Below, one piece after another: positions 9,197 through 17,495 of a stretch of DNA of 64,000 nt (position 1 is its first letter; the number at the start of each line of letters is the position of its first letter). The notes beneath the pieces are model-generated. The model did not search any database, was not told the DNA's origin, and was given only the letters and a program-made list of their open reading frames with translations. This DNA is from Myxococcota bacterium (GTDB lineage Bacteria; Myxococcota_A; UBA9160; UBA4427). The translations under genes and the position numbers were made by a program. The DNA lies in assembly GCA_041389425.1 (NCBI GenBank), contig JAWKRX010000028.1, positions 6,388-70,387 of the forward strand. Direction: 5' to 3'.

Positions 9197-10057
9197 TCAG
9201 GGATCCAGCCCGAGGAGCCGGGCCGGATTGGCGCAGGCCATCTCGCGGAGCTGGTCCTCCTTCGCGCCCGCCCGCCAGAGGGCGTCGACGTAGTCGTGAA
9301 GCCCGATCGCCGGATGCGGCAGCTCGTCGGTCCAGCCGTAGTCGGTCGAGAGCACGATCTGCCGCGGGCCGATCGCGTCGACGGCCCGGACCATCTCGGG
9401 AATGCCCGGCCCGTGCCCCGCCATGCAGGTCGCGGCGGCGAGCTCGATGAAACAGCCGAGCTCCGCGAGGGCCGCGCAGTCGGCGACCGAGAGGTTCGGC
9501 CCCGCGCCCGCGTTCATCGCGTGGGTCACGACGACGGGACCGCGGCGGGCATGGGCCTTCGCGACGGCGAAATGCTCCGCGCGCGAGGTATGGCCGGTCG
9601 CCAGGATCGCGCCGTGCTGGGCGACGAGGTCGATGATCTCGAGCACCTCGGGCCGCAGGCGCCCCGCCTCGTCGAGCATTTCGATCCCCTCGCCCGGGAC
9701 GTTCAGCATCGCCGCGACGCCGTTGTCGAAATCCTGCTGGCTCGAGATGGTCGGCAGCCAGACGACGGCGGCCCCGTCCCGGAGCGCGATCTCGACCGCG
9801 CCCGGATTCAGCCCGCCGATGCAGAAATCGCAGCAGATCGAGCCGTAGACCCGGATCCCGGGCACCGTCTGCGAGACGGAATAGGCGAAACCGTTGCTGG
9901 GGAAATCGTGCGACTTGAGGACCAGCGCCTTGAAGTCGAGGGCCAGCGCGTCCCGCGCCGCGTCGAAGGGATCCACCGCATGCTTGCGGCCGACGACGGA
10001 CTCGGGACCGAAATGGCAGTGGAGATCGACGGCTCCGCCGAGAACGATTCGCGACAT
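9197..10057 (-). CDS. DUF6282-type metal-dependent TIM-barrel hydrolase
   Basis: DLHCHFGP, LKSHD, WLPT, ATGH, VVTH and LSTDYG motifs. Confidence 0.7.
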   Translation of the reverse strand: MSRIVLGGAVDLHCHFGPESVVGRKHAVDPFDAARDALALDFKALVLKSHDFPSNGFAYSVSQTVPGIRVYGSICCDFCIGGLNPGAVEIALRDGAAVVWLPTISSQQDFDNGVAAMLNVPGEGIEMLDEAGRLRPEVLEIIDLVAQHGAILATGHTSRAEHFAVAKAHARRGPVVVTHAMNAGAGPNLSVADCAALAELGCFIELAAATCMAGHGPGIPEMVRAVDAIGPRQIVLSTDYGWTDELPHPAIGLHDYVDALWRAGAKEDQLREMACANPARLLGLDP

Positions 10058-10116
10058 TCCGACCTCCTCACTGGCGCCCGCCCCGACCCGCTTCGGTCGA
10101 TGGCGCCGCGCCGCAC

Positions 10117-10965
10117 TCAGCCCGAAAGCTTCCGGATGCCCGCCATCGCCGTGTGATGCGAGAGGATCCCGCCGTCGACGGAGAGGATCTGTCCGGTCAC
10201 GAAAGCGGCGGCGTCCGACGCGAGAAAGACGACGACTGCGGCGATGTCCTCGGGCCGCCCGAGCCGCGGCGTGAGCGTGTTCTCGACGTAGACCTCGACG
10301 GCGGCCTTCGGCACGTTCGCCTCGAGCGCCGGCGTCGCGATCACGCCCGGGGCGACCGCATTGCAGCGGATGCCCTGCTTGCCGTATTGCACGGCGACGT
10401 TCTGGGTCAGCGAGCCGAGCCCCGCCTTCGACGCCGCATAGGCCGCGCGCACGACGTCGCCGGTCAGCCCCGATGCGGACGAGGTGTTGATGATCGAGCC
10501 GCCGCCCCGGCGGATCATGTGCGGAATCGCGTATTTGCAGCCCAGCATCGGCGCGCGCAGGTTGATGCGCATGTTGCGGTCCCAGACCTCGGCCGTCAGC
10601 TCGACGATCGGGCCATCCGCCGCCATCAGCGCGGGATCGGAATCGGCTGCGTTGTTGTGCAGGACGTCGATCCCGCCGAAGACGGCGACCGTCGCCTCGA
10701 TCATCGCCTCGATCGACGCCTCGTCGGCGAGGTCGACGGGCTGTGCATGCGCCCTGCCCCCGCCCGCCTCGATCTCCCCGGCGACCTTGCGGGCCCCGTC
10801 GGCGTTCAGGTCCGCGACGACGACCGCCGCCCCCGACGCCGCGAGGGCGAGGCAGGTCGCGCGGCCGATCCCCGAAGCGCCGCCGGTCACGAGGGCGACA
10901 CGCCCGGCGAGCGAAAAAGTCCCGGGCCCGATGGCTTTCGCGGGATTCGGAGCGGCACTCGTCAT
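10117..10965 (-). CDS. SDR family oxidoreductase (hydroxysteroid-dehydrogenase-like)
   Basis: TGGASGIG, NNAA and YAASK motifs; RBS AAGGA before ATG 10965. Confidence 0.9.
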   Translation of the reverse strand: MTSAAPNPAKAIGPGTFSLAGRVALVTGGASGIGRATCLALAASGAAVVVADLNADGARKVAGEIEAGGGRAHAQPVDLADEASIEAMIEATVAVFGGIDVLHNNAADSDPALMAADGPIVELTAEVWDRNMRINLRAPMLGCKYAIPHMIRRGGGSIINTSSASGLTGDVVRAAYAASKAGLGSLTQNVAVQYGKQGIRCNAVAPGVIATPALEANVPKAAVEVYVENTLTPRLGRPEDIAAVVVFLASDAAAFVTGQILSVDGGILSHHTAMAGIRKLSG

Positions 10966-10976
10966 GGCGATTCCTT

Positions 10977-12191
10977 TCAGCGCGTGACGCGAACCGGCAG
11001 ATGTTCGGGCCCGTACTCCTGCAGATGGTTCACGCACTGCCAGACGAATCCCGGCTCGAGCTCGAGCCGCGTCCGCTCCATCAGCGCGAGCGTCTCCTCG
11101 ATCACCACCCGACCGATCAAGCGCGTCAGGTGGTTGCCGAGGCAGAGGTGGGGGCCCGCGCCGAAGGCGAGATGCTCGGGGGGATCGATGCGATCGAGGC
11201 GGAACGACTCCGCGTCGGGATAGGCCGCCTCGTCGCGATTGCCCGCCGTGATGTGGCACATGATGTGCTCGCCGGCGAAGACGGGCGTGCCGGCGATCTC
11301 CGCGTCGGCCCGCGCCGTCCGCCAGAGGAAGGCGACGGGCGCCTCGTAGCGGAGCGATTCCTCGACCGCGCGGTCGATCCGGACGTCGTCGGCGCGCAGG
11401 GCCGCGACGAAGCCGGCGTCCGTCAGCAGCCGGTAGAGCAGGTTTCCGACCATGTAGGTCGCCGAGAGCGAGCCCGCGAGCATGTTGACGACGAGCGTGC
11501 GCGTGTGATGCGCGCCGATCTGCCAGCCGTCGTCACCCCGCGAACGCACCATCGAGGCGAGCAGGTCGTCGCAGGCGTCGTCCGCGATCCGGCGCTCGAT
11601 CTGCTCGTCGATGCAGGCCGTCAGCTCGGGGAAGCCGGCGGCGATGCCCTCGCCCTTTTCCGTCCGACCGGTCGGGGGCCAGCTGCTGTGGAGCAGCTCG
11701 TTACACCAGGTCATCAACCGGTCGTGCTGCTCCTCGGGAAAGCCGAGCAGGTCCGCCGAGACGGATCCGGGAATCACGGTCGCGAAATCCGCCATCAGAT
11801 CGCCCTTGCCCGCCGCGACGATCCGATCGAGCCGCTTCCGCACGGCCCGGCGCGTGAACGGCTCGGACTCCTTCGCCTTCGCGATCGTGAAAGTCCGATG
11901 GAGCACACGCCGGATCTTCGGATGGAGCGGTGCGTCGAGCTCGCCGAGGAAGCTCTCCTCGGGCGGCACGACGATGCCCGGCGCCCGCATGTCACCGACG
12001 GACGAGAAGCGCTTCGAGTCCCGAAAGACGGCGGTGACGTCCGCATGGCGCGTCACGAGCACGATGTTGTCCGCCGGCCGGCAGACCGGCTTCTCGCTCC
12101 GGATCCGCGCCATCAGCGCGAAATCCTTGGCCTTCGCCGCATCGTTCGGATCGAAGGCGAACTCCGCGTCGATCCCGGGTCGCTGGCTCAT
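10977..12191 (-). CDS. Cytochrome P450 with atypical I-helix (AGSLSAT)
   Basis: EESLR (ExxR) and heme motif FGAGPHLCLG. Confidence 0.9.
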   Translation of the reverse strand: MSQRPGIDAEFAFDPNDAAKAKDFALMARIRSEKPVCRPADNIVLVTRHADVTAVFRDSKRFSSVGDMRAPGIVVPPEESFLGELDAPLHPKIRRVLHRTFTIAKAKESEPFTRRAVRKRLDRIVAAGKGDLMADFATVIPGSVSADLLGFPEEQHDRLMTWCNELLHSSWPPTGRTEKGEGIAAGFPELTACIDEQIERRIADDACDDLLASMVRSRGDDGWQIGAHHTRTLVVNMLAGSLSATYMVGNLLYRLLTDAGFVAALRADDVRIDRAVEESLRYEAPVAFLWRTARADAEIAGTPVFAGEHIMCHITAGNRDEAAYPDAESFRLDRIDPPEHLAFGAGPHLCLGNHLTRLIGRVVIEETLALMERTRLELEPGFVWQCVNHLQEYGPEHLPVRVTR

Positions 12192-12192
12192 C

Positions 12193-13422
12193 TCATGCCC
12201 CCCCTGTCTTCGAAGCCGCGGGGCGGCCCAGCTTTCCGAACTCGATCGGCGCATGGGCGACGCCGCGCGTCGGCACGAGCTGATTGCGGACGATGCCCCC
12301 GGCGTCGACCGAATAATCGGGAGCGAGCTCGAGCAGCACCTCGAGCGCGACCCGCGTCTCGAGCCGTGCGACCGCGTTGCCGAGACAGAAATGGATGCCG
12401 TGGCCGAAGGTCCAATGGCTCTTCACCGGCCGGTCGAGATCGAGGACGTCGGGATTCGGGAAGACGGTCTCGTCGTGATTGGCCGAGCCATAGAGCAGGA
12501 GCACCTGATCGCCCTTCGGAATCGTCGCATCGCCGATCACGGCGTCGCGGGTCGTCGCCCGGGCCAGGCCCTGGACCGGAGAGACGAAGCGCAGGATCTC
12601 CTCGAGCGCCTGCGGCCAGCGCGCGGGCTCGCGGACGAGCTTGCGGCGCTCGTCCGGATACAGGCCGAGCGAAATGATCGCGTTGGCGATCATGTTCATC
12701 GTCGTGTTCTGCGACGCGTCGTGGAGCAGCGAGCAGAAGCCGCCGATCTCCTCGTCGGAGAGCTCCTTGCCCTCGCTCTGGTTGTGCAGGATCTGCGAGA
12801 TCAGGTCGTCGGATCGGTGGACCCGCCGTTCGGCGACGAGATCGGTCCAGTAGCGGCCCATCTCCGCGTAGGCCTCGAGCGCTGCGGGGCTCGTGAAATC
12901 GCCGCCGGCCAGGGTCGCCATGTTCCAGGCGAGGAACTGGTCGCGATCCGAGACCGGCAGATCGAGCAGCTCGCACATCGTCAGCGTCGGGATCTGGTGC
13001 GAGTAGTCGGGCGACGCGTCGCAGCCACCGCGATCGACGAGCCCCTCGAGGATCGCCCGCGCGCTCTGGCGGATGTGGCCCTCGAGGCGCGCGACGCGCA
13101 CGGGCGTGAGGACGCGGGCGAGGATCGCGCGCAGCTCGTCGTGGCGCGGCGGATCCATGTTGAACATGTTGGGCGGGATCAACGAGATGTCCGTGTCGAT
13201 CAGCGTTCCGCGCGCAGAGGAGAACGTCCGCCAGTCGGCGAGCGCGTCGTTCACGTCCTTCGCGCGCGAGATCATCCAGAAATGGGGCCAGACCCGACCT
13301 TCGTGCGTCGCGTGCTTGTAGGCGGGCGCGTGGTCGCGCATGACCTTGTAGTACGGATAGGGATCGTCGTAGAAACTCGGATCGAAGGGATCGAATTCGA
13401 AATCGCCGGGAAGACCACTCAT
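12193..13422 (-). CDS. Cytochrome P450 with atypical I-helix (HDASQNTT)
   Basis: MDPPRH, EEILR and FGHGIHFCLG motifs. Confidence 0.92.
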   Translation of the reverse strand: MSGLPGDFEFDPFDPSFYDDPYPYYKVMRDHAPAYKHATHEGRVWPHFWMISRAKDVNDALADWRTFSSARGTLIDTDISLIPPNMFNMDPPRHDELRAILARVLTPVRVARLEGHIRQSARAILEGLVDRGGCDASPDYSHQIPTLTMCELLDLPVSDRDQFLAWNMATLAGGDFTSPAALEAYAEMGRYWTDLVAERRVHRSDDLISQILHNQSEGKELSDEEIGGFCSLLHDASQNTTMNMIANAIISLGLYPDERRKLVREPARWPQALEEILRFVSPVQGLARATTRDAVIGDATIPKGDQVLLLYGSANHDETVFPNPDVLDLDRPVKSHWTFGHGIHFCLGNAVARLETRVALEVLLELAPDYSVDAGGIVRNQLVPTRGVAHAPIEFGKLGRPAASKTGGA

Positions 13423-13432
13423 TGCGCCACCT

Positions 13433-14671
13433 CTACTCCGTCACTGCCACGGCGGCGCACGGGGCCACCTTCGGCATCCTCAACATCACGAGAACGGCCG
13501 CCGCCACGCCGAGCACACCGATGAAGATCTGAAAGGCGAGCACATAGCTCCCCGTCTGATCCCGGATCCGCCCGACCAGGGCGAGGCCGGCCAGTGCGCC
13601 CGCCGTAATGAACGGCGCCTGGAATCCCATGGCGCGGCCGAAGTTCGCGACGCCGAAGACCTGCGCCATCAAGGCGCCCCAGACGGGCAGGATCCCGCCG
13701 GCAGCGAGGCCCATCATCGCGGCGCTCGCGATCAGAACGGGCATCTCTGGCTCCGTCGACATCACGCCGATCGCCGTGGCCGTGAGGCCGATGGCCGTCC
13801 AGAGGCCGAGATTCAGCGGGATCCGGTCGGCGAGCCAACCGAAGCCGAGCTTGCCGACGAGGCCGGCCAGCGTGAGCGCGACGACCATGTTCGATCGCGC
13901 CATGGAGTCTGCACCGAGGTCCGCGGCGAACTTCGGGACGTTCATCAGCATCGCGTTGTAGGTCCCGAGAAAGAGCGCGAGGCAGATCGAGATCGCCCAG
14001 AACGGCAGCTGACGCAGGATCTCGCTGGCGGCCGCGGGTTGAACGGGAGGCGCCGAAGCGGCCGCCGACCCGGCCTCGACGCCTTCGGGCAGCAGGCCGA
14101 GATCCCGGGGATGATTCCGGAAGAAGACGAGCAGCAGCGGCAGCGCCAGCAGCGCGACGAGTACGGCCATGAATCGGAGGGTGAGCCGCCAGCCGATGGA
14201 CTCGAAGCTCAGGCCGAAGAGCGGCGCGATCACGAGGCCCCCGATGGAGGTGCCGAGCGCGGCGATGCCCATCGCCCTGCCGCGCGAACGCGTGAACCAG
14301 CGCGAGACCGCCGCCTGGCCGACGATCGGCCCGAGCAGCGTATTCGCGATCGCGACGATGCTGCCCATCACCACCGCCCAGGCGATCCAACCCGGCGCGA
14401 GAGACAAGGCGACCAGGCCCGCGACGAGTCCACCGACACCGATCAGCATGAGGCCACGCACGGACCAGCGATCCACGAGCGGACCGACCACGAGTGGAAG
14501 CACGAATCCGATCGCGGTCATCGCCATCGCGCCCGCATTCATCTTCTCCATGCCGCAGGCGAACTCCTTCTCGACTTCCACGATCAAGAGGCCGTAGCCG
14601 TAGCTCATGAAGCCGACCATGAAGAGCTGGGCCATGAAGACGGTCGCGACGATCCACCAGCCATGGAACAT
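13433..14671 (-). CDS. MFS transporter (MCT/OFA-like)
   Basis: GWWIV start, GPLVDRWSVR, RWFTRSRGRAMG and GWLADRI motifs; about 12 hydrophobic segments. Start could lie upstream. Confidence 0.88.
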   Translation of the reverse strand: MFHGWWIVATVFMAQLFMVGFMSYGYGLLIVEVEKEFACGMEKMNAGAMAMTAIGFVLPLVVGPLVDRWSVRGLMLIGVGGLVAGLVALSLAPGWIAWAVVMGSIVAIANTLLGPIVGQAAVSRWFTRSRGRAMGIAALGTSIGGLVIAPLFGLSFESIGWRLTLRFMAVLVALLALPLLLVFFRNHPRDLGLLPEGVEAGSAAASAPPVQPAAASEILRQLPFWAISICLALFLGTYNAMLMNVPKFAADLGADSMARSNMVVALTLAGLVGKLGFGWLADRIPLNLGLWTAIGLTATAIGVMSTEPEMPVLIASAAMMGLAAGGILPVWGALMAQVFGVANFGRAMGFQAPFITAGALAGLALVGRIRDQTGSYVLAFQIFIGVLGVAAAVLVMLRMPKVAPCAAVAVTE

Positions 14672-14877
14672 GCAGTCCTGCCAATCCTTTCGTCGCGATC
14701 CGCTGCGCAGCCCATTCATCGGCTTCGAGCGCTCGCTCCATCCGCGGCGAGCCGAGCCCGGACCGCAGGGACCCCGCGATGGTACTGCGCCGGACGCGCC
14801 GCGCTGCCCCGAATCGCGCGCGCTCGGGTAAGCTGCCGGGGCGCTCCGCCCCACCGATCGCGGACGCAGGAGGGGCC

Positions 14878-15282
14878 ATGCCGATCACGGGTCGTTGTTA
14901 TTGTGGACGGGTCCGGTACGCCGCCGAGGGCGAGCCGGCGATGCGCATGCAATGCCATTGCCGCGAGTGCCAGTACATCTCGGGCGGCGCCGCCGTGCTG
15001 ATCATGGGAATGCCCGTCGACGGCTTCGCCTTCACGCAGGGCGAGTCCCGGGCCTTCACGCGCAGCGACATCCCGCGGCCCGTGACCCGCGAGTTCTGCC
15101 CGGATTGCGGGACGCACCTGCTGACGCGGGTGCCCGACGTGCCGCTCGTCTTTCTCAAAGTCGGGACGCTCGACGATCCCTCGCTCTTCCGGGGGCCGGA
15201 GGCGGTCCTCTTCACGATCGACCAGCAGCCGTGGCATCACGTCCCGGATGGCGTCCCGAGCTTTCCGCGCATGCCCGGCTGA
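14878..15282 (+). CDS. GFA (glutathione-dependent formaldehyde-activating/CENP-V) family protein
   Basis: GRCYCG, CHCRECQ and FCPDCGT Zn motifs. Confidence 0.9.
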   Translation: MPITGRCYCGRVRYAAEGEPAMRMQCHCRECQYISGGAAVLIMGMPVDGFAFTQGESRAFTRSDIPRPVTREFCPDCGTHLLTRVPDVPLVFLKVGTLDDPSLFRGPEAVLFTIDQQPWHHVPDGVPSFPRMPG

Positions 15283-15320
15283 GAGCCCGGCGGTACCCGA
15301 GCTTTCCGCGCACGCTCGGC
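15255..15320 (+). repeat. 25-bp direct repeat (23/25 identical) duplicating the 3' end of the GFA gene
   Basis: cccgagctttccgcgcatgcccggc at 15255-15279 and cccgagctttccgcgcacgctcggc at 15296-15320. Confidence 0.75.
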
Positions 15321-15344
15321 CAGAGCGGCATCGCCGCGGGCGGA

Positions 15345-16034
15345 TCAGCCCGTCGTCGGACGCGTGCGCGGGCCCGGCTTCTTCGCGCCGCCGACCTTGC
15401 GCATGCGCGGGCGCGGCGGGATGACGAGGGGATCGAAATGCCCCGCGCTCCGCCGCAAAGCGGCGCTCGGCATCTGGAGGCGCCCCGTCACGGTGGCCCC
15501 GTCGTGGAGGATGACGCGGGGCGCCCGCACGTCGCCGAAGATCACGCCCCCCGGCTTGACCTCGACCCAATCCTCCGCCGTGACGTTCCCGCGCACGGTG
15601 CCCCGGATCCGGACCGAGCGCGCTTCGATGCGCGAGCGCACGAGCCCCTCCACGCCGATCGTGACGCGCGAGCGCCGCGCGCGCACCCGGCCTTCGACGA
15701 GCCCCTGGATCTCGACGTTCTCGTCGGCGACGAGGTCTCCCGCGATCTTGCTCGCAGGACCGAGCACGCTGGCGAGCCTGCGCGCGACCTCGCCGAGCGA
15801 GAACTCGACGTCGATCTCCGGATAGAGCGGCTGGGTCCCGGTGTGCAGCGTGTCGCCCGCGGCGGCCCGCTCGCTCGCGCCCGGACCGAAGACGCGGTCC
15901 ACGATGCCGGCATGGCGGGCCGCAGCGCCTGCGTCGCGATGCATCGCGGCAACGGTGCCGACGACGCCGCGAGCGGATTCCCCGCGCGCAGTCTCCGTCT
16001 CGGCCGCCGCGGGATCGCGCGACATCATCGCCAT
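15345..16034 (-). CDS. Bactofilin (polymer-forming cytoskeletal protein)
   Basis: GPASKIAGDL...VEIQGLVEGRV...IRGTVRGNVTAEDWVEVKPGGVIFGDVRAPRVILHDGATVTGRLQM beta-helix; RBS GGAGGAG. Confidence 0.82.
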   Translation of the reverse strand: MAMMSRDPAAAETETARGESARGVVGTVAAMHRDAGAAARHAGIVDRVFGPGASERAAAGDTLHTGTQPLYPEIDVEFSLGEVARRLASVLGPASKIAGDLVADENVEIQGLVEGRVRARRSRVTIGVEGLVRSRIEARSVRIRGTVRGNVTAEDWVEVKPGGVIFGDVRAPRVILHDGATVTGRLQMPSAALRRSAGHFDPLVIPPRPRMRKVGGAKKPGPRTRPTTG

Positions 16035-16232
16035 CGAGGCTCCTCCCGGGTCGAGTCCGGGCGCGCCAGGCGGATTCCACCCCTGCGGCCGGTCGACGGG
16101 GATGAGTGGTGGCGAGAGACGTCGGATCGCAGGCAACGGGCGCGCCGGGACGCCGGAACCGGCGCGCGACGAGAATCTGCGGCCGACCTGCCGGCGAGGT
16201 ACCGCTTCGCCGCCGCCGCGCCGCCGCCCCGA

Positions 16233-17351
16233 TCAGCGCGAGGCGACGTCCGCGAACTTCACGACCTGCGTCTCCCACTCCTTCGGGCAGGGGCCGGCGG
16301 CGCCGACGATGCGGCCGAGCATGCCGCCCTGATCGTGGCCGAGGGTGTTCAGCCAGTTCGGATGGGCCGGCCCCGGATCGGCGTGGGCGATCAGGATCTT
16401 CACCGAGCCATCGGGCTCGTGGCGCGCCATGAACTTGTTGGTCCAGACGTTGAAGAAACGGTGGTCGAGGGACTCCATCCAGAAATTCGAGAGCTGCAGG
16501 TTCCACGTCTGGCATTCCGGCAGGAACGGAATCCGCACGGCGAGCGCCTCGTCCGGCGCGAGCTGCCAATGGCTCTGGTAGTAGTGGATCGTCGGATCCC
16601 CGCCCGCCGCCTGCAGCACCGCCTGGTCGTGGGGATGCAGCCGGTTCAGCGTGTTCTCCTGATAGTCCTTCGTCCACATGAGCCCGAGCTTCACCGTGCT
16701 CTCGAGGAAGCCGAGTGCGCCCATCAGCTGCGCCTCGATCCGATCCGGATCGACGTTGTTGTTCTTCCGCTCGGGATTCAGGCACTCGATCGAGAGCTCG
16801 GCCCGCTTCTCCTGCTTGCGGTTGCCGAAGGTCTGGCGGACGACGAGGTTCGTCGCCTTCGGCGAGAGCTCGAGCCAGTTGCCCTTCTGCGGCTTTTTCT
16901 GCGAGAGCAGGATCTCGAAGCTGCCGTCGGGCTCGAGCTCGATCTTCGAGGAGTCGATCTCGGAAAGGCTCGCCATGCCCTCGACGCCGACGCCACCCTT
17001 GATGCCGATGCTGAACCACTTGACGGTCCCGCGCGTCCCGCTGATGCGGTAGTCGAAGCGGCCGTCGATGTTGCAGTTCTCGTAGTAGTTGTCGGGGTTG
17101 TCGTTCAGGATCTTCTTCGTGTCGTCGGCGAGGCGGTAGAAGGCGGGATACTGCGGATCGGCGTAGTCGACGACGCGCTCGAGACCGGCGCGCAGGATGC
17201 GGGTCAGGAAGCGGTGGCCGAGGGCCTGGTTCATCCGGTCCTTCGGAACGTTCGGCTCCTGGAGCAGCTGGCCGGCCGCCTTCAAGCGGTCGCAGAAATC
17301 GTTCCAGAGCTGGCCGTTCAGGATCCTGTCTTCCGCCGATTGCTTGCTCAT
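16233..17351 (-). CDS. DUF1214 domain-containing protein
   Basis: WNDFCDRL, DNPDNYY, YRISGTRG, PDGSFEILLS, NFWMESLD and NWLNTLGH motifs; 3' part of ORF 16233..18761. Confidence 0.78.
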   Translation of the reverse strand: MSKQSAEDRILNGQLWNDFCDRLKAAGQLLQEPNVPKDRMNQALGHRFLTRILRAGLERVVDYADPQYPAFYRLADDTKKILNDNPDNYYENCNIDGRFDYRISGTRGTVKWFSIGIKGGVGVEGMASLSEIDSSKIELEPDGSFEILLSQKKPQKGNWLELSPKATNLVVRQTFGNRKQEKRAELSIECLNPERKNNNVDPDRIEAQLMGALGFLESTVKLGLMWTKDYQENTLNRLHPHDQAVLQAAGGDPTIHYYQSHWQLAPDEALAVRIPFLPECQTWNLQLSNFWMESLDHRFFNVWTNKFMARHEPDGSVKILIAHADPGPAHPNWLNTLGHDQGGMLGRIVGAAGPCPKEWETQVVKFADVASR

Positions 17352-17495
17352 GTCGTCGCTCCTCTGCCGGTTCCGATGCCCTACGCTAGCGTGCCGTGAA
17401 CCCAAGTCATGGCCCCGACCGGGCCTTCGGAGCGCCGTTTCGCACGTCCTTCGATCCGCCCATTCTTCTCGATTCCCTCTGCAGAGGAGCCCGTG

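Noticed and set aside
2762-14671. Secondary-metabolite biosynthetic gene cluster (P450s, SnoaL, MFS)
   Set aside because: No scaffold-forming enzyme (PKS, NRPS, terpene synthase, CDPS or RiPP precursor) was seen, so a catabolic reading is more parsimonious.
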